A stretch of DNA of 64,000 bases from Parcubacteria group bacterium (GTDB lineage Bacteria > Patescibacteriota > Minisyncoccia > UBA6257 > JACRHW01), in assembly GCA_016217555.1 (NCBI GenBank), contig JACRHW010000016.1:8845-72844 (forward strand). The letters run 5' to 3'. Within the stretch, counting starts at the first letter, position 1; each line of letters opens with the position of its first letter. Positions 9,379 through 18,746 of the stretch are shown piece after piece. Made by a program: the position numbers and the translations under genes. The notes beneath the pieces were generated by a model. The model was not told the origin of the DNA. It ran no database searches and worked only from the letters and a program-made list of their open reading frames with translations.

Positions 9379-10209
9379 ATGAAAAAGTACGCTCCAAAAA
9401 CACCATCATTGCGTCACACAACAGTAACTGACTACTCGGGGTTGAGTAGTGTTGCTCCATTTCCTGGACTTATTGGAAAAGTAACCAAAAAAGGAGGAAG
9501 AAATCACCACGGGAGAATTACGGTACGCCATCAGGGGGGAGAAAATAAGAAACGTTATCGAATGGTAGATTTCCGACAGAACAAAGTAAACATTCCAGCG
9601 ATTGTAAAAACGTTAGAGTACGATCCCTATCGTACCGCGTTTATTGCGCTTGTGTGCTATAAAGACGGAGAATATCGTTATCTTCTTGCTCCTCATGGAT
9701 TAAAGATTGGTGATGAAATTATTACATCTGAATCAGCACCTTTTAAGCCAGGGAACAGAGTTCCTTTGGGTATAATTCCCCCTGGTCAGCAGGTACACAA
9801 CATTGAGTTGGAACCAGGCAGGGGTGGTGCATTGATACGATCCGCTGGTTCCTATGCAGAGGTGTTAGGTCACGACGGGAAACATACCCATCTTAAGATG
9901 CCATCCAGCGAAATTCGTATGGTGCTTTCCCTTTCTTATGCGAGCATTGGCCAGCTTTCAAATCCTGAACACAACCTTACCAATACAGGGAAAGCGGGAA
10001 AGTCTCGTCACAAAGGGATACGCCCAACAGTACGGGGATCGGTTATGAATCCAAGAGATCATCCTTATGGCGGTGGTGAAGGTAAACAATCTCGTGGTAC
10101 ACGAAGAAGTAAGGATAAATGGGGTAACATCACAGGAGGGAGAAAAACGCGAAGAAAGAAAAAGTGGAGTGGAAAGTTAATACTTCAGAGAAGGAAGAAG
10201 AAAAAATAG
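9379..10209 (+). CDS. rplB: 50S ribosomal protein L2
   Basis: GGRNHHGRITVRH, RGSVMNPRDHPYGGGEG; ATG 9379. Confidence 0.98.
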   Translation: MKKYAPKTPSLRHTTVTDYSGLSSVAPFPGLIGKVTKKGGRNHHGRITVRHQGGENKKRYRMVDFRQNKVNIPAIVKTLEYDPYRTAFIALVCYKDGEYRYLLAPHGLKIGDEIITSESAPFKPGNRVPLGIIPPGQQVHNIELEPGRGGALIRSAGSYAEVLGHDGKHTHLKMPSSEIRMVLSLSYASIGQLSNPEHNLTNTGKAGKSRHKGIRPTVRGSVMNPRDHPYGGGEGKQSRGTRRSKDKWGNITGGRKTRRKKKWSGKLILQRRKKKK

Positions 10210-10274
10210 AAAGAACGTACGCATTCGAGTGCAGTACGTTCTCCAGGCTAGTTGAAAAATTTTAAGTAATAGAG

Positions 10275-10336
10275 TATAATCACAAGCGAGCAAAAATGAG
10301 AATTTACTTTCATTTTCTGCGAGCGCAGTGATTATA
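10275..10336. repeat. 62-nt palindromic element (TATAATCACAAGCGAGC...GCGAGCGCAGTGATTATA)
   Basis: Reverse-complement copy at 12524-12586. Confidence 0.8.
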
Positions 10337-10402
10337 TATCCATCAGGATATATAATCTTTTATTCCTAATAAACTAACACCTAAAAAGCTAATAGCTATT
10401 CT

Positions 10403-10696
10403 ATGAGTAGATCAATTAAAAAAGGTCCCTATGTTGACGAGAAGCTTTCCGCAAGAGTAGCTACATTAAAATCGGGTGCAAAAATTGTTATCAATACATG
10501 GTCAAGAGCTTCTTCTATTACTCCAGAAATGGTAGGTGCAACAGTAAACGTCCATAATGGTAAAGTATTTGTCCCCGTGTTTATTATGGAAGAAATGGTA
10601 GGACACAAATTGGGAGAATTTTCCCCTACAAAGAAGTTTGTACGCCATGGTGGAAAAATGCAGAAGGAACTTGAACAAAAAGCAAAAACAGACTAA
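10403..10696 (+). CDS. rpsS: 30S ribosomal protein S19
   Basis: [24 protein letters not shown]. Confidence 0.98.
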   Translation: MSRSIKKGPYVDEKLSARVATLKSGAKIVINTWSRASSITPEMVGATVNVHNGKVFVPVFIMEEMVGHKLGEFSPTKKFVRHGGKMQKELEQKAKTD

Positions 10697-10701
10697 TAGT
10701 T

Positions 10702-11238
10702 ATGTCACAAACAACCTCAAAAGCAACATTACGATATCTTCACATCGCGCCAAGAAAGACGAGGTTGGTTGCTAGTCTTTTGAAAGGAAAATCGGTGGGG
10801 GCAGCAGAGGCTGAATTGAGATACAGCACCAAAAGGGCAGCAAAGCCAATTTTGAAACTTTTGCAATCCGTTGTTGCAAATGCAAAAGCAGCCTCCCTTG
10901 AACCAGAAAAGCTTTATATTGTTGATTTAAGAGTTGATCAAGGTCCCATGTCTAAACGTTTTATGCCTCGTGCAAGCGGAAGGGCAACGACCATCCAAAA
11001 AAAGACCTCCCACATCTATATTACCGTTGCAGAAAGAAAAACAGGCACTCAAAAATTCAGAGAGTTCTATAAGCCACAAAGCAAGAAGGAGGCGAAGCAG
11101 CTCGTGAAAGATTTTGAAAAGGAAAAAAGTAAGAAGGCAAGCGATGCAAAAAAAGAGGGTGGTTCGACACATTCCACTACAGGCGGAGCAGAAACCCAGG
11201 GGGTTATTAAAAAAATGTTTAGAAGAAAATCAGTTTAA
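10702..11238 (+). CDS. rplV: 50S ribosomal protein L22 with C-terminal extension
   Basis: IAPRKTRLVA, VDQGP..KRFMPRASGRA..KKTSHI. Confidence 0.97.
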   Translation: MSQTTSKATLRYLHIAPRKTRLVASLLKGKSVGAAEAELRYSTKRAAKPILKLLQSVVANAKAASLEPEKLYIVDLRVDQGPMSKRFMPRASGRATTIQKKTSHIYITVAERKTGTQKFREFYKPQSKKEAKQLVKDFEKEKSKKASDAKKEGGSTHSTTGGAETQGVIKKMFRRKSV

Positions 11239-11243
11239 GTTTT

Positions 11244-11918
11244 ATGGGACACAAAATTCACCCAAAATCATTTCGTCTTGGTGTGCAGAGTACATGGACA
11301 AGCAAATGGCTTACACCCAAGAAAAAATTTCCTTATCTTCTAGAGGAGGATTGGAATATTCGCGAGTATTTAACAACACGGCTCAAACATACCGAAGTTG
11401 ATTCTATTTCTATTGAACGTTCTGGAAGTAATCTTAAAATAACCATTCGTGTCTCGAAACCAGGCCTTGTGATTGGTAAAGGGGGGAAAGACATCGAACT
11501 TTTGAAAAAAGGTATTGAGAAAATTTTAGTTGCCATCTCAAAAAAATATCCCAAACTCGCTCCGACAAAACGCACCCTTTCTCTAAATGTTGAGGAGGTT
11601 CCAAAACAGGACACAAGCGCAACGGTAATGGCCCAAGAGCTTGCAGGACAGATTGAACGACGAAATCCTTTTCGAAGAACAATGAAAAGATATTTGGATC
11701 TTATTTTACAAAATCCAAAAATTTCTGGTGCAAAAATACGCATGTCTGGCAGGTTGGATGGAAATGAAATTTCGCGTGCCGAATGGCTTGCAAAAGGAAA
11801 AATTCCTCTTCAGACGCTTCGTGCACTTATTGATTACGGGGAGGCAACAGCGCATTGCACATATGGTGCGGTCGGAATCAAGGTCTGGATTTATAAAGGA
11901 GAATTTTCTACAGAATAA
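11244..11918 (+). CDS. rpsC: 30S ribosomal protein S3
   Basis: GHKIHPKSFRLG, PGLVIGKGG, IPLQTLRA, GIKVWI. Confidence 0.98.
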   Translation: MGHKIHPKSFRLGVQSTWTSKWLTPKKKFPYLLEEDWNIREYLTTRLKHTEVDSISIERSGSNLKITIRVSKPGLVIGKGGKDIELLKKGIEKILVAISKKYPKLAPTKRTLSLNVEEVPKQDTSATVMAQELAGQIERRNPFRRTMKRYLDLILQNPKISGAKIRMSGRLDGNEISRAEWLAKGKIPLQTLRALIDYGEATAHCTYGAVGIKVWIYKGEFSTE

Positions 11919-11923
11919 CCAGT

Positions 11924-12337
11924 ATGATGATTCCCAAAAAGGTAAAACATAGAAAGTGGCAAAAGGGACGAAACAAAGGACGTCTTACTGAAACACGTGG
12001 AACCAAGCTTACCTATGGGATGCTTGGACTTCAAGCATCTGAAGCGGCGTGGATAAATTCACGACAAATAGAAGCAGCGAGAAAATCTATTGTTTTTTTC
12101 TTAAAAAAGGGTGGAAAACTTTGGATTCGCATTTTTCCGGATAAACCAGTCACAAAACGTCCTCCTGAAGTAACCATGGGTGGAGGTAAGGGGGCAGTAG
12201 ACCATTACGTGTTTCCTGTACGCCCTGGAAGAATGTTGTTCGAAATAGACGGTCTTTTAGAGGCTAATGCGCGTGAGGCTCTTCGAAGAGCGGCACACAA
12301 GCTTCCTATTAAAACAAGAGTTATTACTAGAATATGA
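11924..12337 (+). CDS. rplP: 50S ribosomal protein L16
   Basis: QIEAAR, WIRIFPDKP, MGGGKG. Confidence 0.98.
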   Translation: MMIPKKVKHRKWQKGRNKGRLTETRGTKLTYGMLGLQASEAAWINSRQIEAARKSIVFFLKKGGKLWIRIFPDKPVTKRPPEVTMGGGKGAVDHYVFPVRPGRMLFEIDGLLEANAREALRRAAHKLPIKTRVITRI

Positions 12338-12528
12338 AAATAAGCGAATTACGTGAACTAAATAAGGATGAGCTTGCAAAAGCACTTCATGAAAAACGCC
12401 AGACCTTAAAAGACCTGCGGTTTGAAATTGCTCAAGGCAAGGTTAAAAATGCTCATGTAATTCGATCGACAAAGAAAGACGTAGCGCAAATATTAACGGT
12501 TTTTAATAGTATACCTACGGGTATATAA
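12334..12528 (+). CDS. rpmC: 50S ribosomal protein L29
   Basis: Operon position; ELRE..LRF..KKDVAQILT. Confidence 0.95.
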   Translation: MKISELRELNKDELAKALHEKRQTLKDLRFEIAQGKVKNAHVIRSTKKDVAQILTVFNSIPTGI

Positions 12529-12586
12529 CCACTGCGCTCGCATAATACGAAAATAAATTTTCGTTTACTGCTCGCTTGTGGTTATA
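12524..12586. repeat. 63-nt palindromic element, inverted copy of 10275-10336; includes the rpmC stop codon
   Basis: TATAACCACTGCGCTCGC...GCTCGCTTGTGGTTATA. Confidence 0.8.
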
Positions 12587-12594
12587 AATAACAT

Positions 12595-12888
12595 ATGGCA
12601 CATCGAACTTTTGAGGGTGTTGTGGTGAGTGATGCGATGCAAAAAACACGTGTGGTTGAGATTACTCGATTCAAAAAACACCCACGATATCATAAGCTAT
12701 TGAAGGTTTCAGAAAGACTAAAGGCTCATGATGAAAAAAATGAGTTTAGGAGTGGAGATAAGGTTATTATCGAAGAAACAAGACCTCTCTCTAGACAAAA
12801 GCGCTGGAATATCGTTAAATTAGTAGCCCGTAAAATTGAGGAGGTGGCTGATAGCATATCTCTTGCTGAGCAAGCGCCTAAAAGCTAA
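12595..12888 (+). CDS. rpsQ: 30S ribosomal protein S17
   Basis: [28 protein letters not shown]. Confidence 0.97.
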   Translation: MAHRTFEGVVVSDAMQKTRVVEITRFKKHPRYHKLLKVSERLKAHDEKNEFRSGDKVIIEETRPLSRQKRWNIVKLVARKIEEVADSISLAEQAPKS

Positions 12889-12890
12889 CT

Positions 12891-13262
12891 ATGATTCAAG
12901 ACAAGACAATTTTACAAGTTGCAGATAATTCTGGCGCAAAAACCATACGTTGTTTTAAAGTACTTGGTGGATCAAAACGTCGTTATGCAAGCATAGGAGA
13001 TATTATCGTTGCTTCTGTGCAGGGGGCTGAACCAAGAAAAGCAGTCAAAAAGAAAGACATTGTAAAAGCACTTGTAGTACGAACAAGGGATGTATTGAGA
13101 AGAAATAATGGCACCAGTGTTCGTTTCGGTGAAAATGCGGTGGTGATTCTCGATACAAATTTGACAGATCCAAAGGCAAGTCGTATTTTTGGTCCCATTC
13201 CAAGAGAGCTTAAGGAGAAGGGATATACCAAAATTATATCAATGGCAGAAAATATCGTTTAG
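12891..13262 (+). CDS. rplN: 50S ribosomal protein L14
   Basis: VADNSGAK, RIFGPIPREL. Confidence 0.98.
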   Translation: MIQDKTILQVADNSGAKTIRCFKVLGGSKRRYASIGDIIVASVQGAEPRKAVKKKDIVKALVVRTRDVLRRNNGTSVRFGENAVVILDTNLTDPKASRIFGPIPRELKEKGYTKIISMAENIV

Positions 13263-13274
13263 TTCCACAAAACC

Positions 13275-13577
13275 ATGATAAAGAAAGGAGATAATGTATA
13301 CGTAGTAACAGGGAAAGAGCGCGGAAAAACCGGACGCGTATTAAAGGTGATACGAGAAATAGGGAGAGTGGTAGTTGAAGGAGTTAACGTCCACAAGAAA
13401 CATATGCGTCCAAAGAAACAAGGACAGAAGGGCGAAATTGTCTCTGTTTCAAGGAGCATGAATGTTTCAAATGTAATGATTGTCTGTTCAAAGTGTGGTC
13501 AGAGGACGAGGATGGGCCACACAATGACAGGAGATACAAAAACAAGAACATGCAAAAAATGTAAGGGAGAAGTATAA
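13275..13577 (+). CDS. rplX: 50S ribosomal protein L24
   Basis: IKKGDNVYVVTGKERGKTG KOW motif. Confidence 0.97.
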   Translation: MIKKGDNVYVVTGKERGKTGRVLKVIREIGRVVVEGVNVHKKHMRPKKQGQKGEIVSVSRSMNVSNVMIVCSKCGQRTRMGHTMTGDTKTRTCKKCKGEV

Positions 13578-13591
13578 TACACCACACCAGT

Positions 13592-14119
13592 ATGCCTAAA
13601 AAGACAGCTACAAAAGAAAATAGTATGGCGACACCTCGAATCACGAAGGTGGTGCTTAATACAGGTATCGGAAGGATAATGAACCAGACCAAAAATCAAA
13701 AAGAAGTACTTCAGGATGTTACTCGTCTTTTTCAATCTCTGGGGGGGCAAAAACCACAAGTTATCACCAGCAACAAGTCAATTGCTACGTTTAAATTGAG
13801 AAAAGGCATGCCTATTGGTTTGAGAATTACTCTCCGGGGAAAACGAGCCCATGATTTTATTAAAAGACTTGTGAGCCTCGTTTTACCTCGCGTACGTGAT
13901 TTTAGAGGTATTGCTCACTCTTCTCTTTCAACAAATAGTTTATCGTTAGGTTTCAGAGAACATATTGTGTTTCCTGAGGTAATGAATGAGAATGCTAAAG
14001 TACCGTTTTCCCTACAAGCAACAATTGTCACTACCTCAAAGACACAAGATGAGGCGAAAACCCTTTTTGAATCAATAGGAATAAGATTTTCCGCTCTAGA
14101 AAGTGGAAAGAAAAAATAA
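13592..14119 (+). CDS. rplE: 50S ribosomal protein L5
   Basis: KVVLNTGIG, FKLRKGMPIG, LPRVRDFRG. Confidence 0.97.
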   Translation: MPKKTATKENSMATPRITKVVLNTGIGRIMNQTKNQKEVLQDVTRLFQSLGGQKPQVITSNKSIATFKLRKGMPIGLRITLRGKRAHDFIKRLVSLVLPRVRDFRGIAHSSLSTNSLSLGFREHIVFPEVMNENAKVPFSLQATIVTTSKTQDEAKTLFESIGIRFSALESGKKK

Positions 14120-14131
14120 GAACAGAAACAT

Positions 14132-14317
14132 ATGGCAAAAGCTTCAGTAATTGCACGCGCATTAAAACCTCCAAAATTCAGTACTCGAATAGTACGTCGA
14201 TGTTTTAAGTGTGGAAGAAAGAGGGGATATATACGAGATTTTAATCTTTGCAGAATTTGTTTTCGCGAGCTTGGGTCTCGAGGTCAAATCCCAGGAGTAA
14301 GAAAATCATCATGGTAA
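14132..14317 (+). CDS. rpsN: 30S ribosomal protein S14, zinc-binding type
   Basis: CFKCGR...[16 protein letters not shown]. Confidence 0.97.
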   Translation: MAKASVIARALKPPKFSTRIVRRCFKCGRKRGYIRDFNLCRICFRELGSRGQIPGVRKSSW

Positions 14318-14324
14318 CAAAATT

Positions 14325-14711
14325 ATGAATCCTTTTTTGGAAATGATAATAAAAATTAAGAATGCATATCTTGCTAAGAAAGATATGGTTAAAGTTACTT
14401 CCTCTCGATTTAATGTAAAGATTGCCGATGTTCTCGTGCGAGAAGGTTATCTTGAAAGCGTGATTAAAAAGGGAAGAGGTATTAAAAAGTATCTTGAGAT
14501 AAAACTCGCATACAAGGAGGGTGTGCCCAATATTACCAAGCTTGGATTAGTAAGTAAGCCTGGACGCCGTGTTTATAAAGGAGCGGCGGAGATAAGGAGG
14601 GTGAGAAACGGATATGGAATGAGTCTTATTTCCACTTCTCATGGTCTATTAACCGATAAAGAAGCACGTGCGAAAAAATTGGGGGGAGAGGTGCTTCTCG
14701 AAGTATACTAA
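14325..14711 (+). CDS. rpsH: 30S ribosomal protein S8
   Basis: SKPGRRVY, STSHGLLT, GGEVL. Confidence 0.97.
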   Translation: MNPFLEMIIKIKNAYLAKKDMVKVTSSRFNVKIADVLVREGYLESVIKKGRGIKKYLEIKLAYKEGVPNITKLGLVSKPGRRVYKGAAEIRRVRNGYGMSLISTSHGLLTDKEARAKKLGGEVLLEVY

Positions 14712-14712
14712 C

Positions 14713-15261
14713 ATGTCAAAGATAGGAAAAAAAGAAATTATTGTTCCTAAGGACGTAACTGTTACCATAGATACGGGGGCTATTACTGTTTCTGGAAAAA
14801 AAGGAAAGGTATCTGTCCACCGACTTAATGGAATTCTGGTTTCAAATAATAATGGGGTGATACTCGTCGAAAGACCAGAACATTCTCACAATAAAAAAAT
14901 TAATGCTTTCTGGGGGACACAACAGTCAATCCTTGCGGGTGCGGTAAAAGGGGTTCAGGTTGGATATGAAAAGAAATTAGAGCTCGAAGGAGTAGGATAT
15001 AAAGCAATAATGGAGGGAAGAACACTTGTCCTCAGCCTTGGCCTTAGCCATACCATTCGCGTTGAATCTCCCGATGGAATAGATATTGTAGTGGTAAAAA
15101 ATAGTATGACTATTTCTGGTGCTGACAAAGCTCTTGTGGGGCAAGTTGCTGCAAATATCCGTGCATTTAAGAAACCGGAGCCGTATAAGGGAAAGGGTAT
15201 CAGATACGCAGGTGAAATTATTCGTCGTAAATCTGGTAAGAAGATGGCAGGTTCTGCATAA
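14713..15261 (+). CDS. rplF: 50S ribosomal protein L6
   Basis: MSKIGKK start, PEPYKGKGIRY. Confidence 0.97.
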   Translation: MSKIGKKEIIVPKDVTVTIDTGAITVSGKKGKVSVHRLNGILVSNNNGVILVERPEHSHNKKINAFWGTQQSILAGAVKGVQVGYEKKLELEGVGYKAIMEGRTLVLSLGLSHTIRVESPDGIDIVVVKNSMTISGADKALVGQVAANIRAFKKPEPYKGKGIRYAGEIIRRKSGKKMAGSA

Positions 15262-15281
15262 ATTTTTAAGAGAACTACGTT

Positions 15282-15638
15282 ATGAAAAGAAAAACAAATA
15301 AAAAATCATTGCGCGAGGCACGTCATAGAAAAATCCGCAAAACAGTAGCAGGCACTTTGGAGCGCCCAAGACTCGCTGTCTTTAAATCAAGCCAGCATAT
15401 CTATGCACGGGTTATTGACGATGAACGAGGGACTACTCTCCTTGCTGTTTCTGACAAAGAAGTTTCTGGTGGTAAGAAGACTAAAAAGGAAAAAGCGGTT
15501 GAGGTGGGAGAACTTGTCGCCTTGCGTGCAGAAAAAGCGAAGATCATAAAGGTGGTTTTTGATAGAGGTGGGTTTCCCTATGCAGGACGTATCAAGGCTC
15601 TTGGAGATTCCGCAAGAAATAAAGGGCTTCAATTTTAA
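15282..15638 (+). CDS. rplR: 50S ribosomal protein L18
   Basis: RPRLAVFKS, VVFDRGGFPYAGR. Confidence 0.97.
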   Translation: MKRKTNKKSLREARHRKIRKTVAGTLERPRLAVFKSSQHIYARVIDDERGTTLLAVSDKEVSGGKKTKKEKAVEVGELVALRAEKAKIIKVVFDRGGFPYAGRIKALGDSARNKGLQF

Positions 15639-15650
15639 TTATTAGACATT

Positions 15651-16118
15651 ATGGATTACAGAAATAAACAAGTTAAGGACGGCTATGATGCTATTACGGT
15701 TGACCTTTCGCGCGTAACTCGTGTCGTTGCAGGTGGAAAACGTATGAGTTTTCGAGCAACCGTGGCGGTTGGAAATAAGCTGGGAGAGGTTGGTCTTGGA
15801 GTAGGAAAGGGGCTTGATGTCGCGCAATCACTTGATAAGGCAAAGGCAAATGCGAAAAAACAACTTATGCGAGTTTCTATTAAAAATGGAACCATTCCTC
15901 ACGAAGTCCAGGGAAAATTTGGTGCAGCATATGTTATTATCAAACCAGCAGCAAAGGGAAGGGGAGTTATTGCGGGAAGTTCAGTACGCAGTATTTTAAC
16001 TCTTGCAGGATATTCCGATATTTCTGCAAAAATTTTATCAACTACAAAGAACAAACTCAATAATGCTCGCGCTGCACTTGTCGCTCTACAATCAATAGCA
16101 GGACACTCTAAAAAATAA
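15651..16118 (+). CDS. rpsE: 30S ribosomal protein S5
   Basis: RVTRVVAGGKRMSF, PAAKGRGVIAG. Confidence 0.97.
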   Translation: MDYRNKQVKDGYDAITVDLSRVTRVVAGGKRMSFRATVAVGNKLGEVGLGVGKGLDVAQSLDKAKANAKKQLMRVSIKNGTIPHEVQGKFGAAYVIIKPAAKGRGVIAGSSVRSILTLAGYSDISAKILSTTKNKLNNARAALVALQSIAGHSKK

Positions 16119-16120
16119 TT

Positions 16121-16555
16121 ATGCAATTACATGAAGTAAAATCAGAGCACCCAGGAAGGAAATCAAAGAGAGTGGGGCGTGGTGGAAAAAGAGGTACCAC
16201 GTCAGGTCATGGGCAAAAGGGACAAAAGTCCCGTGCGGGAAAAAGCATCAAACCTAATGTTAGGGAGATGTTATTACGTTTTCCTAAATTGCGTGGAATA
16301 AATTTCAAATCTACAAAGGCAAAAGTATATCCTATCTCACTTGATATGCTAGGAAAGGTAGTAGAGAATAAAGAAGTAGTTACCCTGCAGTGGCTTCTCA
16401 AAAAACGCCTTGCAAAGAAATCGGGTGGAAAAAGTCCTTCTGTTAAAATTCTTGATGGGAAAGTTGAATTTACAAAGGTAATTACAGTTAAGGGAGTTTC
16501 TGTCTCGGAATCTGCAAAAAAACGTATCTTAGACCAAGGAGGAACTATTGAATAA
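16121..16555 (+). CDS. rplO: 50S ribosomal protein L15
   Basis: RVGRGGKRGTTSGHGQKGQKSRAG. Confidence 0.97.
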   Translation: MQLHEVKSEHPGRKSKRVGRGGKRGTTSGHGQKGQKSRAGKSIKPNVREMLLRFPKLRGINFKSTKAKVYPISLDMLGKVVENKEVVTLQWLLKKRLAKKSGGKSPSVKILDGKVEFTKVITVKGVSVSESAKKRILDQGGTIE

Positions 16556-16566
16556 ATATTTTTATG

Positions 16567-16694
16567 TGAGAACCTGTGTAGTTGAATGAAATGCGAGGCA
16601 TAGGCGAGAAACGGACTGAGCTGTATTACGGATGATACAGCGAAGGAGTATCGGAACCTATAACGAAGCAGTTCGTCAGATACATAAGTTCTCA
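16567..16694 (-). repeat. CTTCGT-core palindromic element, copy 2 (reverse orientation)
   Basis: Outer IR TGAGAACCTGTGTA/TACATAAGTTCTCA; reverse-complement core GCTTCGTT..GATACTC..TCCGTTTCTCGCC..GCCTCGC. Confidence 0.75.
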
Positions 16695-16703
16695 TACTAC
16701 GCA

Positions 16704-17975
16704 ATGGATAAAGAAACATTATTTCAGGTATTTACCTCGAAGGAGCTACGAAGAAAAATATTCACAGTTCTTGGCATGCTTATTGTAGTGCGTCTTCTCG
16801 CAAGCATTCCTGTTCCCGGAGTAGATGTATTACGTCTCAAAAGTTTTTTGGCATCAAATCAACTTTTTGGGCTTTTTAATTTATTCTCCGGTGGATCATT
16901 TTCAAATTTTTCAGTAGCAATGCTTGGTGTGGGACCTTATATTACCGCGACGATTATTATGCAACTTCTCACTATGATATTTCCTGTGTTTAAGGAAATG
17001 TATCATGAAGAAGGCGAAGCGGGGAGACAAAAGTTTAACCAATATTCTCGCATGCTTACCGTGCCTCTTGCGATGCTTCAGGGGTTTGGTTTTTTACGAC
17101 TTCTTCAATCACAAAGAATTATCGATATCCTTTCGCCTTTTGACATGATATGGAATATGGTGCTTATTATCGCAGGAAGTATGATTCTTATGTGGCTTGG
17201 TGAACTTATTACTGAACAAAAAATAGGCAATGGCGTCTCCCTTATTATTTTCGGAGGTATTGTTTCGGGTGCTCCACAAAAAGTATGGCAACTTCTTCAA
17301 ACATACGACTCAAGACTTCTCCCCACCTACCTCGGATTCCTTATTATGGGGCTTCTTGTTGTTATAGGGGTTATTTTCATCAATGAAGGAGAGCGTAAAA
17401 TTCCTATCTCCTATGCAAAACAAGTAAGGGGTTCAAAAATGTATGGTGGAGGTTCTACGTATTTACCACTTCGCCTCATCCAGGCAGGTGTTATTCCTAT
17501 CATTTTCGCAATATCAGTTCTTCTTTTTCCACAATTCTTAGCGCAAATACTTACTGTGTTCCATATCGAGTGGGCAAGTGGATTACAAGACTTGGTTTCA
17601 CGATTCTATGCAAGCAAGTTGATTTATAACATTGCCTACTTTATGCTCGTGGTACTTTTTACCTACTTCTATACTGCGATTACCTTCGATCCAAGCGAGA
17701 TTGCTAAAAATCTCCAACGTTTTGGTGGTTTCATCCCAGGAATTCGACCTGGTGTTTCCACCGCCGAATTCATTAGTAAGGTGGTAAATCGTATTACCCT
17801 TTTTGGTGCCTTTGGTTTAGGGCTTATCGCAATCCTTCCTAACATGGTTCAAGCAGCAAGCGGAATCAGTGCCTTTAGTCTTGGTGGTACGGCTCTCCTC
17901 ATCGTGGTTTCGGTTGCAATTGAGACGATGAAGCAGATACAATCTCAAGTAGTGATGCGCGAGTATGAGGTGTAA
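16704..17975 (+). CDS. secY: Preprotein translocase subunit SecY
   Basis: LGVGPYITA, IGNGVSLIIF, AGVIPIIFA, FIPGIRPG; start at ATG 16704. Confidence 0.98.
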   Translation: MDKETLFQVFTSKELRRKIFTVLGMLIVVRLLASIPVPGVDVLRLKSFLASNQLFGLFNLFSGGSFSNFSVAMLGVGPYITATIIMQLLTMIFPVFKEMYHEEGEAGRQKFNQYSRMLTVPLAMLQGFGFLRLLQSQRIIDILSPFDMIWNMVLIIAGSMILMWLGELITEQKIGNGVSLIIFGGIVSGAPQKVWQLLQTYDSRLLPTYLGFLIMGLLVVIGVIFINEGERKIPISYAKQVRGSKMYGGGSTYLPLRLIQAGVIPIIFAISVLLFPQFLAQILTVFHIEWASGLQDLVSRFYASKLIYNIAYFMLVVLFTYFYTAITFDPSEIAKNLQRFGGFIPGIRPGVSTAEFISKVVNRITLFGAFGLGLIAILPNMVQAASGISAFSLGGTALLIVVSVAIETMKQIQSQVVMREYEV

Positions 17976-18000
17976 AAAAAGTTTGGTATACTAGAATTAT

Positions 18001-18126
18001 ATGAACCCCGTTAGAAATTGCAACATTTACAAAATATATTCATTGCTATGTTTTATAAAAAGTCGTTTGTCATTAATACTACAGGAAACTCCAATTTCTA
18101 ACGGGGTTTACCTCTAACGGGATGAA
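18001..18126. mobile_element. MITE-like element flanked by ATGAA duplication at the adk start codon
   Basis: 103-nt unit 18005-18107 with IR ACCCCGTTAGAAATTG/CAATTTCTAACGGGGT; differs by 1 nt from 20012-20114. Confidence 0.85.
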
Positions 18127-18709
18127 ATTTAAAAACGTTGTATTTTTGGGAAGGAGTGGCGCGGGTAAGGGAACTCAGTTAAAACTTCTCGAGACGTATC
18201 TCAACACACAAGGAAAGAAAACCATCTATGTTTCTATTGGTGAGCTTTTGCGTGCACTTGCAAAACAAGACACTTTTGCAGGAAGAAAAGTAAAAAGCAT
18301 TATTACCGAAGGAAAGCTTATCGACGAATGGGTTGCGGCTTATTTGTGGCAAAATGATATTATGACACGTCTTTTGGAAAATGATGCATTTTTATTTTTT
18401 GATGGTTCACCAAGGAAACTCCATGAGGCAGAGGCGCTTGATATGACCCTTGAATGGTTTGAACGCGAAAAAGAGATGGTAGCAATATTACTTGATGTGG
18501 GACACGAAGAGGTTTTTGGACGCCTCAAGGCGCGTGGAAGGGATGACGACACCGATCATGGCATTAAGAGTCGTCTCGATTGGTTTGAGACAGAGGTAAT
18601 GCCTGTAGTGCGTTACTACGAATCATCTGAGCGGCTTCTCACCGTAAGTGGGGAGGGCACCATAGAAGAGGTGCAGGCAAGGATCAGAACGGCGCTAGGA
18701 GTAGAATAA
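18122..18709 (+). CDS. adk: Adenylate kinase (short-LID type)
   Basis: GRSGAGKGTQ P-loop, DGSPR, RGRDDD; position after secY. Confidence 0.93.
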   Translation: MKFKNVVFLGRSGAGKGTQLKLLETYLNTQGKKTIYVSIGELLRALAKQDTFAGRKVKSIITEGKLIDEWVAAYLWQNDIMTRLLENDAFLFFDGSPRKLHEAEALDMTLEWFEREKEMVAILLDVGHEEVFGRLKARGRDDDTDHGIKSRLDWFETEVMPVVRYYESSERLLTVSGEGTIEEVQARIRTALGVE

Positions 18710-18736
18710 AGCCTGTGTAAACTCACAGGCTTTATT
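18705..18736 (+). terminator. Hairpin between adk and map
   Basis: AATAAAGCCTGTG-TAAACT-CACAGGCTTTATT. Confidence 0.5.
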
Positions 18737-18746
18737 AATAACAATT

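Noticed and set aside
16632-16703. N-terminal extensions of SecY, L17 (40474), the amidohydrolase (63701) and ORF 56219 in the ORF track
   Set aside because: They are read-through into palindromic elements; conserved protein starts lie downstream
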